From Paragordius varius (taxonomy: Eukaryota > Animalia > Nematomorpha), in contig OZ176054.1 of assembly GCA_964247055.1 (NCBI GenBank), forward strand, positions 310,001 to 374,000: DNA of 64,000 nucleotides, written 5' to 3'. The translations under genes were made by a program, and so were the position numbers. Under the pieces are notes generated by a model, which was not told the DNA's origin, did not search any database, and worked only from the letters and a program-made list of their open reading frames with translations. Positions 1-12,100 of this stretch are shown here, one piece after another. Position 1 is the stretch's first letter. Every line of letters begins with the position of its first letter.

Positions 1-30
1 TTTATTTTATACGATTTTAAAAATAAAAAT

Positions 31-87
31 GGCTACCTAAAATCCAAATTTGATAAGGTGATGTCACTATAATTTTTTTGGGTAGCC
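31..87. repeat. Intra-monomer inverted repeat GGCTACCTAAAA / TTTTGGGTAGCC (first copy)
   Basis: 11 of 12 positions are complementary; the mismatch is T:G. The arms enclose the small dyads CAAATTTG, TGATCA and, in ACC-type monomers, GGTGA-TG-TCACC. Confidence 0.9.
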
Positions 88-150
88 CTATGGTAGTTCC
101 ATCATCACCCCAAATATTTTCGAGATCGGAGTATAAATGTAATTTTTTTG

Positions 151-174
151 AATTTTTTAAATATTTAAAAAATT
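151..174. repeat. Perfect 24-bp A/T-only palindrome AATTTTTTAAATATTTAAAAAATT (first copy; present in most monomers across the junction)
   Basis: The sequence equals its own reverse complement, checked base by base. Confidence 0.95.
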
Positions 175-3100
175 TATTTTATACGATTTTAAAAATAAAA
201 ATGGCTACCTAAAATCCAAATTTGATCAGGTGATGTCACTATAATTTTTTTTGGGTAGCCCTATGGTAGTTCCATCATCACCCCAAATATTTTGGGGATC
301 GGACTATAAATGTAATTTTTATGAATTTTTTAAATATTTAAAAAATTTATTTTATACGATTTTAAAAATAAAAATGGCTACCTAAAATCCAAATTTGATC
401 AGGTGATGTCGCCATAATTTTTTTTGAGTAGCCCTATGGTAGTTCCATCATCACCCCAAATATTTTGTTGGGGATCGGACTATAAATGTAATTTTTATGA
501 ATTTTTTAAATATTTAAAAAATTTATTTTATACGATTTTAAAAATAAAAATGGCTACCTAAAATCCAAATTTGATCAGGTGATGTCACTATAATTTTTTT
601 TGGGTAGCCCTATGGTAGTTCCATCATCACCCCAAATATTTTTGAGATCGGAGTATAAATGTAATTTTTATGAATTTTTTCAATATTTAAAAAATTTATT
701 TTATACGATTTTAAAAATAAAAATGGCTACCTAAAATCCAAATTTGATCAAGTGATGTCACCATAATTTTTTTTGGGTAGCCCTATGGTAGTTCCATCAT
801 CACCCCAAATATTTTCGAGATCGGAGTATAAATGTAATTTTTTTGAATTTTTTAAATATTTAAAAAATTTATTTTATACGATTTTAAAAATAAAAATGGC
901 TACCTAAAATCCAAATTTGATCAGGTGATGTCGCCATAATTTTTTTTGGGTAGCCCTATGGTAGTTCCATCATCACCCCAAATATTTTGGGGATCGGACT
1001 ATAAATGTAATTTTTATGAATTTTTTAAATATTTAAAAAATTTATTTTATACGATTTTAAAAATAAAAATGGCTACCTAAAATCCAAATTTGATCAGGTG
1101 ATGTCACTATAATTTTTTTTGGGTAGCCCTATGGTAGTTCCATCATCACCCCAAATATTTTCGAGATCGGAGTATAAATGTAATTTTTATGAATTTTTTA
1201 AATATTTAAAAAATTTATTTTATACGATTTTAAAAATAAAAATGGCTACCTAAAATCCAAATTTGATCAGGTGATGTCACCATAATTTTTTTTGGGTAGC
1301 CCTATGGTAGTTCCATCATCACCCCAAATATTTTGGGGATCGGACTATAAATGTAATTTTTATGAATTTTTTAAATATTTTAAAAATTTTATACGATTTT
1401 AAAAATAAAAATGGCTACCTAAAATCCAAATTTGATCAGGTGATGTCACTATAATTTTTTTGGGTAGCCCTATGGTAGTTCCATCATCACCCCAAATATT
1501 TTGGGGATCGGACTATAAATGTAATTTTTATGAATTTTTTAAATATTTATAAAATTTATTTTATACGATTTTAAAAATAAAAATGGCTACCTAAAATCCA
1601 AATTTGATCAGGTGATGTCACTATAATTTTTTTTGGGTAGCCCTATGGTAGTTCCATCATCACCCCAAATATTTTCGAGATCGGAGTATAAATGTAATTT
1701 TTATGAATTTTTTCAATATTTAAAAAATTTATTTTATACGATTTTAAAAATAAAAATGGCTACCTAAAATCCAAATTTGATCAGGTGATGTCACCATAAT
1801 TTTTTTTGGGTAGCCCTATGGTAGTTCCATCATCACCCCAAATATTTTCGAGATCGGACTATAAATGTAATTTTTATAAATTTTTTAAATATTTAAAAAA
1901 TTTATTTTATACGATTTTAAAAATAAAAATGGCTACCTAAAATCCAAATTTGATAAGGTGATGTCACTATAATTTTTTTGGGTAGCCCTATGGTAGTTCC
2001 ATCATCACCCCAAATATTTTCGAGATCGGAGTATAAATGTAATTTTTATGAATTTTTTCAATATTTAAAAAATTTATTTTATACGATTTTAAAAATAAAA
2101 ATGGCTACCTAAAATCCAAATTTGATCAGGTGATGTCACTATAATTTTTTTTGGGTAGCCCTATGGTAGTTCCATCATCACCCCAAATATTTTCGAGATC
2201 GGAGTATAAATGTAATTTTTATGAATTTTTTCAATATTTAAAAAATTTATTTTATACGATTTTAAAAATAAAAATGGCTACCTAAAATCCAAATTTGATC
2301 AGGTGATGTCGCCATAATTTTATTTGGGTAGCCCTATGGTAGTTCCATCATCACCCCAAATATTTTGGGGATCGGACTATAAATGTAATTTTTATGAATT
2401 TTTTAAATATTTAAAAAATTTATTTTATACGATTTTAAAAATAAAAATGGCTACCTAAAATCCAAATTTGATAAGGTGATGTCACTATAATTTTTTTGGG
2501 TAGCCCTATGGTAGTTCCATCATCACCCCAAATATTTTCGAGATCGGAGTATAAATGTAATTTTTTTGAATTTTTTAAATATTTAAAAAATTTATTTTAT
2601 ACGATTTTAAAAATAAAAATGGCTACCTAAAATCCAAATTTGATCAGGTGATGTCGCCATAATTTTTTTTGGGTAGCCCTATGGTAGTTCCATCATCACC
2701 CCAAATATTTTGGGGATCGGACTATAAATGTAATTTTTATGAATTTTTTAAATATTTAAAAAATTTATTTTATACGATTTTAAAAATAAAAATGGCTACC
2801 TAAAATCCAAATTTGATAAGGTGATGTCACTATAATTTTTTTGGGTAGCCCTATGGTAGTTCCATCATCACCCCAAATATTTTCGAGATCGGAGTATAAA
2901 TGTAATTTTTTTGAATTTTTTAAATATTTAAAAAATTTATTTTATACGATTTTAAAAATAAAAATGGCTACCTAAAATCCAAATTTGATCAGGTGATGTC
3001 GCCATAATTTTTTTTGGGTAGCCCTATGGTAGTTCCATCATCACCCCAAATATTTTGGGGATCGGACTATAAATGTAATTTTTATGAATTTTTTAAATAT

Positions 3101-3639
3101 TTAAAAAATTTATTTTATACGATTTTAAAAATAAAAATGGCTACCTAAAATCCAAATTTGATCAGGTGATGTCACTATAATTTTCTTTGGGTAGCCCTAT
3201 GGTAGTTCCATCATCACCCCAAATATTTTCGAGATCGGAGTATAAATGTAATTTTTATGAATTTTTTCAATATTTAAAAAATTTATTTTATACGATTTTA
3301 AAAATAAAAATGGCTACCTAAAATCCAAATTTGATCAAGTGATGTCACCATAATTTTTTTTGGGTAGCCCTATGGTAGTTCCATCATCACCCCAAATATT
3401 TTCGAGATCGGAGTATAAATGTAATTTTTATGAATTTTTTAAATATTTAAAAAATTAATATTATACGATTTTAAAAATAAAAATGGCTACCTAAAATCCA
3501 AATTTGATCAGGTGATGTCACTATAATTTTCTTTGGGTAGCCCTATGGTAGTTCCATCATCACCCCAAATATTTTCGAGATCGGAGTATAAATGTAATTT
3601 TTATGAATTTTTTCAATATTTAAAAAATTTATTTTATAC

Positions 3640-6100
3640 GATTTTAAAAATAAAAATGGCTACCTAAAATCCAAATTTGATCAAGTGATGTCACCATAAT
3701 TTTTTTTGGGTAGCCCTATGGTAGTTCCATCATCACCCCAAATATTTTCGAGATCGGAGTATAAATGTAATTTTTATGAATTTTTTAAATATTTAAAAAA
3801 TTTATATTATACGATTTTAAAAATAAAAATGACTACCTAAAATCCAAATTTGATAAGGTGATGTCACTATAATTTTTTTGGGTAGCCCTATGGTAGTTCC
3901 ATCATCACCCCAAATATTTTCGAGATCGGAGTATAAATGTAATTTTTTTGAATTTTTTAAATATTTAAAAAATTTATTTTATACGATTTTAAAAATAAAA
4001 ATGGCTACCTAAAATCCAAATTTGATCAGGTGATGTCGCCATAATTTTTTTTGGGTAGCCCTATGGTAGTTCCATCATCACCCCAAATATTTTGGGGATC
4101 GGACTATAAATGTAATTTTTATGAATTTTTTAAATATTTAAAAAATTTATTTTATACGATTTTAAAAAAAAAAATGGCTACCTAAAATCCAAATTTGATC
4201 AGGTGATGTCACTATAATTTTCTTTGGGTAGCCCTATGGTAGTTCCATCATCACCCCAAATATTTTCGAGATCGGAGTATAAATGTAATTTTTATGAATT
4301 TTTTCAATATTTAAAAAATTTATTTTATACGATTTTAAAAATAAAAATGGCTACCTAAAATCCAAATTTGATCAGGTGATGTCGCCATAATTTTTTTTGG
4401 GTAGCCCTATGGTAGTTCCATCATCACCCCAAATATTTTGGGGATCGGACTTATGAATTTTTTAAATATTTAAAAAATTTATTTTATACGATTTTAAAAA
4501 TAAAAATGGCTACCTAAAATCCAAATTTGATCAGGTGATGTCACTATAATTTTCTTTGGGTAGCCCTATGGTAGTTCCATCATCACCCCAAATATTTTCG
4601 AGATCGGAGTATAAATGTAATTTTTATGAATTTTTTCAATATTTAAAAAATTTATTTTATACGATTTTAAAAATAAAAATGGCTACCTAAAATCCAAATT
4701 TGATCAAGTGATGTCACCATAATTTTTTTTGGGTAGCCCTATGGTAGTTCCATCATCACCCCAAATATTTTCGAGATCGGAGTATAAATGTAATTTTTTT
4801 GAATTTTTTAAATATTTAAAAAATTTATTTTATACGATTTTAAAAATAAAAATGGCTACCTAAAATCCAAATTTGATCAGGTGATGTCACCATAATTTTT
4901 TTTGGGTAGCCCTATGGTAGTTCCATCATCACCCCAAATATTTTCGAGATCGGAGTATAAATGTAATTTTTATGAATTTTTTAATTTAAAAAATTTATAT
5001 TATACGATTTTAAAAATAAAAATGGCTACCTAAAATCCAAATTTGATAAGGTGATGTCACTATAATTTTTTTGGGTAGCCCTATGGTAGTTCCATCATCA
5101 CCCCAAATATTTTCGAGATCGGAGTATAAATGTAATTTTTTTGAATTTTTTAAATATTTAAAAAATTTATTTTATACGATTTTAAAAATAAAAATGGCTA
5201 CCTAAAATCCAAATTTGATCAGGTGATGTCGCCATAATTTTTTTTGGGTAGCCCTATGGTAGTTCCATCATCACCCCAAATATTTTGGGGATCGGACTAT
5301 AAATGTAATTTTTATGAATTTTTTAAATATTTAAAAAATTTATTTTATACGATTTTAAAAATAAAAATGGCTACCTAAAATCCAAATTTGATCAGGTGAT
5401 GTCACTATAATTTTCTTTGGGTAGCCCTATGGTAGTTCCATCATCACCCCAAATATTTTCGAGATCGGAGTATAAATGTAATTTTTATGAATTTTTTCAA
5501 TATTTAAAAAATTTATTTTATACGATTTTAAAAATAAAAATGGCTACCTAAAATCCAAATTTGATCAGGTGATGTCGCCATAATTTTTTTTGGGTAGCCC
5601 TATGGTAGTTCCATCATCACCCCAAATATTTTGGGGATCGGACTTATGAATTTTTTAAATATTTAAAAAATTTATTTTATACGATTTTAAAAATAAAAAT
5701 GGCTACCTAAAATCCAAATTTGATCAGGTGATGTCACTATAATTTTCTTTGGGTAGCCCTATGGTAGTTCCATCATCACCCCAAATATTTTCGAGATCGG
5801 AGTATAAATGTAATTTTTATGAATTTTTTCAATATTTAAAAAATTTATTTTATACGATTTTAAAAATAAAAATGGCTACCTAAAATCCAAATTTGATCAA
5901 GTGATGTCACCATAATTTTTTTTGGGTAGCCCTATGGTAGTTCCATCATCACCCCAAATATTTTCGAGATCGGAGTATAAATGTAATTTTTTTGAATTTT
6001 TTAAATATTTAAAAAATTTATTTTATACGATTTTAAAAATAAAAATGGCTACCTAAAATCCAAATTTGATCAGGTGATGTCACCATAATTTTTTTTGGGT
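3640..6100. repeat. Local 7-monomer tandem duplication, period 1193 bp
   Basis: The same 14-bp deletion (GGAC|TTATGAA) occurs at 4451 and 5644. The order of flanking variants (TTTTCTTT, CAAG, TAAG, TTCAAT) is shared. Confidence 0.8.
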
Positions 6101-6199
6101 AGCCCTATGGTAGTTCCATCATCACCCCAAATATTTTCGAGATCGGAGTAAATGTAATTTTTATGAATTTTTTAAATATTTAAAAAATTTATTTTATAC

Positions 6200-9100
6200 G
6201 ATTTTAAAAATAAAAATGGCTACCTAAAATCCAAATTTGATCAGGTGATGTCACCATAATTTTTTTTGGGTAGCCCTATGGTAGTTCCATCATCACCCCA
6301 AATATTTTGGGGATCGGACTATAAATGTAATTTTTATGAATTTTTTAAATATTTAAAAAATTTATTTTATACGATTTTAAAAATAAAAATGGCTAACTAA
6401 AATCCAAATTTGATCAGGTGATGTCGCCATAATTTTTTTTGGGTAGCCCTATGGTAGTTCCATCATCACCCCAAATATTTTGGGGATCGGACTATAAATG
6501 TAATTTTTATGATTTTTTTACATATTTAAAAAATTTATTTTATACGATATTAAAAATAAAAATGGCTACCTAAAATCCAAATTTGATCAGGTGATGTCAC
6601 TATAATTTTTTTTGGGTAGCCCTATGGTAGTTCCATCATCACCCCAAATATTTTCGAGATCGGAGTATAAATGTTATTTTTATAAATTTTTTAAATATTT
6701 AAAAAATTTATTTTATACGATTTTAAAAATAAAAATGGCTACCTAAAATCCAAATTTGATCAGGTGATGTCACCATAATTTTTTTTGGGTAGCCCTATGG
6801 TAATTCCATCATCACCCCAAATATTGTCGAGATCGGACTATAAATGTAATTTTTATGAATTTTTTAAATATTTAAAAAATTTATTTTATACGATTTTAAA
6901 AATAAAAATGGCTACCTAAAATCCAAATTTGATCAGGTGATGTCACCATAATTTTTTTTGGGTAGCCCTATGGTAGTTCCATCATCACCCCATATATTTT
7001 CGAGATCGGAGTATTGTAATTTTTATGAATTTTTTAAATATTTAAAAAATTTATTTTATAAGATTTTAAAAATAAAAATGGCTACCTAAAATCCAAATTT
7101 GATCAGGTGATGTCGCCATAATTTTTTTGGGTAGCCCTATGGTAGTTCCATCTCACCCCAAATATTTTCGAGATCGGAGTATAAATGTAATTTTTATGAA
7201 TTTTTTAAATATTTAAAAAATTTATTTTATACGATTTTAAAAATAAAAATGGCTACCTAAAATCCAAATTTGATCAGGTGATGTCACCATAATTTTTTTT
7301 GGGTAGCCCTATGGTAGTTCCATCATCACTTCAAATATTTTCGAGATCGGAGTATAAATGTAATTTTTATGAATTTTTTAAATATTTAAAAAATTTATTT
7401 TATACGATTTTAAAAATAAAAATGGCTACCTAAAATCCAAATTTGATCAGGTGATGTCACCATAATTTTTTTTGGGTAGCCCTATGGTAGTTCCATCATC
7501 ACCCCAAATATTTTGGGGATCGGACTATAAATGTAATTTTTATGAATTTTTTAAATATTTAAAAAATTTATTTTATACGATTTTAAAAATAAAAATGGCT
7601 ACCTAAAATCCAAATTTGATCAGGTGATGTCGCCATAATTTTTTTTGGGTAGCCCTATGGTAGTTCCATCATCACCCCAAATATTTTGGGGATCGGACTA
7701 TAAATGTAATTTTTATGAATTTTTTAAATATTTAAAAAATTTATTTTATACGATATTAAAAATAAAAATGGCTACCTAAAATCCAAATTTGATCAGGTGA
7801 TGTCACCATAATTTTTGTTGGGTAGCCCTATGGTAGTTCCATCATCACCCCAAACATTTTTGAGATCGGAGTATAAATATTTTTATGAATTTTTTAAATA
7901 TTTAAAAAATTTTTTACGATTTTAAAAATAAAAATGGCTACCTAAAATCCAAATTTGATCAGGTGATGTCGCCATAATTTTTTTGGGTAGCCCTATGGTA
8001 GTTCCATCATCACCCCAAATATTTTGGGGATCGGACTATAAATGTAATTTTTATGAATTTTTTAAATATTTAAAAAATTTATTTTATACGATTTTAAAAA
8101 TAAAAATGGCTACCTAAAATCCAAATTTGATCAGGTGATGTCGCCATAATTTTTTTTGGGTAGCCCTATGGTAGTTCCATCATCACCCCAAATATTTTGG
8201 GGATCGGACTATAAATGTAATTTTTATGATTTTTTTACATATTTAAAAAATTTATTTTATACGATATTAAAAATAAAAATGGCTACCTAAAATCCAAATT
8301 TGATCAGGTGATGTCGCCATAATTTTTTTTGGGTAGCCCTATGGTAGTTCCATCATCACCCCAAATATTTTGGGGATCGGACTATAAATGTAATTTTTAT
8401 GAATTTTTTAAATATTTAAAAAATTTATTTTATACGATATTAAAAATAAAAATGGCTACCTAAAATCCAAATTTGATCAGGTGATGTCACCATAATTTTT
8501 GTTGGGTAGCCCTATGGTAGTTCCATCATCACCCCAAACATTTTTGAGATCGGAGTATAAATATTTTTATGAATTTTTTAAATATTTAAAAAATTTATTA
8601 CGATTTTAAAAATAAAAATGGCTACCTAAAATCCAAATTTGATCAGGTGATGTCGCCATAATTTTTTTGGGTAGCCCTATGGTAGTTCCATCTCACCCCA
8701 AATATTTTCGAGATCGGAGTATAAATGTAATTTTTATGAATTTTTTAAATATTTAAAAAATTTATTTTATACGATTTTAAAAATAAAAATGGCTACCTAA
8801 AATCCAAATTTGATCAGGTGATGTCACCATAATTTTTTTGGGTAGCCCTATGGTTGTTCCATCATTACTTCAAATATTTTCGAGATCGGAGTATAAATGT
8901 AATTTTTATGAATTTTTTAAATATTTAAAAAATTTATTTTATACGATTTTAAAAATAAAAATGGCTACCTAAAATCCAAATTTGATCAGGTGATGTCACT
9001 ATAATTTTTTTTGGGTAGCCCTATGGTAGTTCCATCATCACCCCAAATATTTTCGAGATCGGAGTATAAATGTAATTTTTTTGAATTTTTTAAATATTTA

Positions 9101-12100
9101 AAAAATTTATTTTATACGATTTTAAAAATAAAAATGGCTACCTAAAATCCAAATTTGATCAGGTGATGTCGCCATAATTTTTTTTGGGTAGCCCTATGGT
9201 AGTTCCATCATCACCCCAAATATTTTGGGGATCGGACTATAAATGTAATTTTTATGATTTTTTTACATATTTAAAAAATTTATTTTATACGATATTAAAA
9301 ATAAAAATGGCTACCTAAAATCCAAATTTGATCAGGTGATGTCGCCATAATTTTTTTTGGGTAGCCCTATGGTAGTTCCATCATCACCCCAAATATTTTG
9401 GGGATCGGACTATAAATGTAATTTTTATGAATTTTTTAAATATTTAAAAAATTTATTTTATACGATATTAAAAATAAAAATGGCTACCTAAAATCCAAAT
9501 TTGATCAGGTGATGTCACCATAATTTTTGTTGGGTAGCCCTATGGTAGTTCCATCATCACCCCAAACATTTTTGAGATCGGAGTATAAATATTTTTATGA
9601 ATTTTTTAAATATTTAAAAAATTTATTACGATTTTAAAAATAAAAATGGCTACCTAAAATCCAAATTTGATCAGGTGATGTCGCCATAATTTTTTTGGGT
9701 AGCCCTATGGTAGTTCCATCTCACCCCAAATATTTTCGAGATCGGAGTATAAATGTAATTTTTATGAATTTTTTAAATATTTAAAAAATTTATTTTATAC
9801 GATTTTAAAAATAAAAATGGCTACCTAAAATCCAAATTTGATCAGGTGATGTCACCATAATTTTTTTGGGTAGCCCTATGGTTGTTCCATCATTACTTCA
9901 AATATTTTCGAGATCGGAGTATAAATGTAATTTTTATGAATTTTTTAAATATTTAAAAAATTTATTTTATACGATTTTAAAAATAAAAATGGCTACCTAA
10001 AATCCAAATTTGATCAGGTGATGTCGCCATAATTTTTTTTGGGTAGCCCTATGGTAGTTCCATCATCACCCCAAATATTTTGGGGATCGGACTATAAATG
10101 TAATTTTTATGAATTTTTTAAATATTTAAAAAATTTATTTTATACGATTTTAAAAATAAAAATGGCTACCTAAAATCCAAATTTGATCAGGTGATGTCGC
10201 CATAATTTTTTTTGGGTAGCCCTATGGTAGTTCCATCATCACCCCAAATATTTTGGGGATCGGACTATAAATGTAATTTTTATGAATTTTTTAAATATTT
10301 AAAAAATTTATTTTATACGATTTTAAAAATAAAAATGGCTACCTAAAATCCAAATTTGATCAGGTGATGTCGCCATAATTTTTTTTGGGTAGCCCTATGG
10401 TAGTTCCATCATCACCCCAAATATTTTGGGGATCGGACTATAAATGTAATTTTTATGAATTTTTTAAATATTTAAAAAATTTATTTTATACGATATTAAA
10501 AATAAAAATGGCTACCTAAAATCCAAATTTGATCAGGTGATGTCACCATAATTTTTGTTGGGTAGCCCTATGGTAGTTCCATCATCACCCCAAACATTTT
10601 TGAGATCGGAGTATAAATATTTTTATGAATTTTTTAAATATTTAAAAAATTTATTACGATTTTAAAAATAAAAATGGCTACCTAAAATCCAAATTTGATC
10701 AGGTGATGTCGCCATAATTTTTTTGGGTAGCCCTATGGTAGTTCCATCTCACCCCAAATATTTTCGAGATCGGAGTATAAATGTAATTTTTATGAATTTT
10801 TTAAATATTTAAAAAATTTATTTTATACGATTTTAAAAATAAAAATGGCTACCTAAAATCCAAATTTGATCAGGTGATGTCACCATAATTTTTTTTGGGT
10901 AGCCCTATGGTAGTTCCTTCATCACTTCAAATATTTTCGAGATCGGAGTATAAATGTAATTTTTATGAATTTTTTAAATATTTAAAAAATTTATTTCATA
11001 CGATTTTAAAAATAAAAATGGCTACCTAAAATCCAAATTGATCAGGTGATGTCACCATAATTTTTTTTGGGTAGCCTTATGGTAGTTCCATCATCACCCC
11101 AAATATTTTGGGGATCGGACTATAAATGTAATTTTTATGAATTTTTTAAATATTTAAAAATTTATTTTATACGATTTTAAAAATAAAAATGGCTACCTAA
11201 AATCCAAATTTGATCAGGTGATGTCACCATAATTTTTTTTGGGTACCCCTATGGTAGTTCCATCATCACCCCAAATATTTTTGAGATCGGAGTATAAATG
11301 TAATTTTTATGAATTTTTTAAATATTTAAAAAATTTATTTTATACGATTTTAAAATAAAAATGGCTACCTAAAATCCAAATTTGATCAGGTGATGTCGCC
11401 ATAATTTTTTTTGGGTAGCCCTATGGTAGTTCCATCATCACCCCAAATATTTTTGAGATCGGAGTATAAATGTAATTTTTATGAATTTTTTAAATATTTA
11501 AAAAATTTATTTTATACGATTTTAAAAATAAAAATGGCTACCTAAAATCCAAATTTGATCAGGTGATGTCACCATAATTTTTTTTGGGTAGCCCCATGGT
11601 AGTTCCATCATCACCCCAAATATTTTCGAGATCGGAGTATAAATGTAATTTTTATGAATTTTTTAAATATTTAAAAAATTTATTTTATACGATTTTAAAA
11701 ATAAAAATGGCTACCTAAAATCCAAATTTGATCAGGTGATGTCGCCATAATTTTTTTTGGGTAGCCCTATGGTAGTTCCATCATCACCCCAAATATTTTT
11801 GGGATCGGACTATAAATGTAATTTTTATGAATTTTTTAAATATTTAAAAAATTTATTTTATACGATTTTAAAAATAAAAATGGCTACCTAAAATCCAAAT
11901 TTGATCAGGTGATGTCACCATAATATTTTTGGGTAGCCCTATGGTAGTTCCATCATCACCCCAAATTTTGTCGAGATCGGAGTATAAATGTAATTTTTTT
12001 GAATTTTTTAAATATTTAAAAAATTTATTTTATACGATTTTAAAAATAAAAATGGCTACCTAAAATCCAAATTTGATCAGGTGATGTCACCATAATTTTT

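Noticed and set aside
29-40. Coding sequence starting at ATGGCT in each monomer, or a repetitive protein ORF
   Set aside because: ATG GCT ACC TAA stops after three codons. Stop triplets are abundant on both strands, the period of 173 is not a multiple of 3, and indels are freely tolerated.
117-131. CENP-B box resemblance (TTTCGAGATCGGAG)
   Set aside because: The CENP-B box needs TTCG and CGGG separated by 7 bases with a fixed A. Here the spacing is 4 bases and the second element is CGGA.
20-140. TATAAA and AATAAA motifs as promoter or polyadenylation signals
   Set aside because: These are expected by chance in 74% AT sequence, and there is no associated gene or other supporting context.
241-310. 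G-quadruplex or i-motif in B-type monomers
   Set aside because: Only two G-runs of three or more per monomer on the plus strand, about 40 nt apart, so the four-tract pattern is not met.
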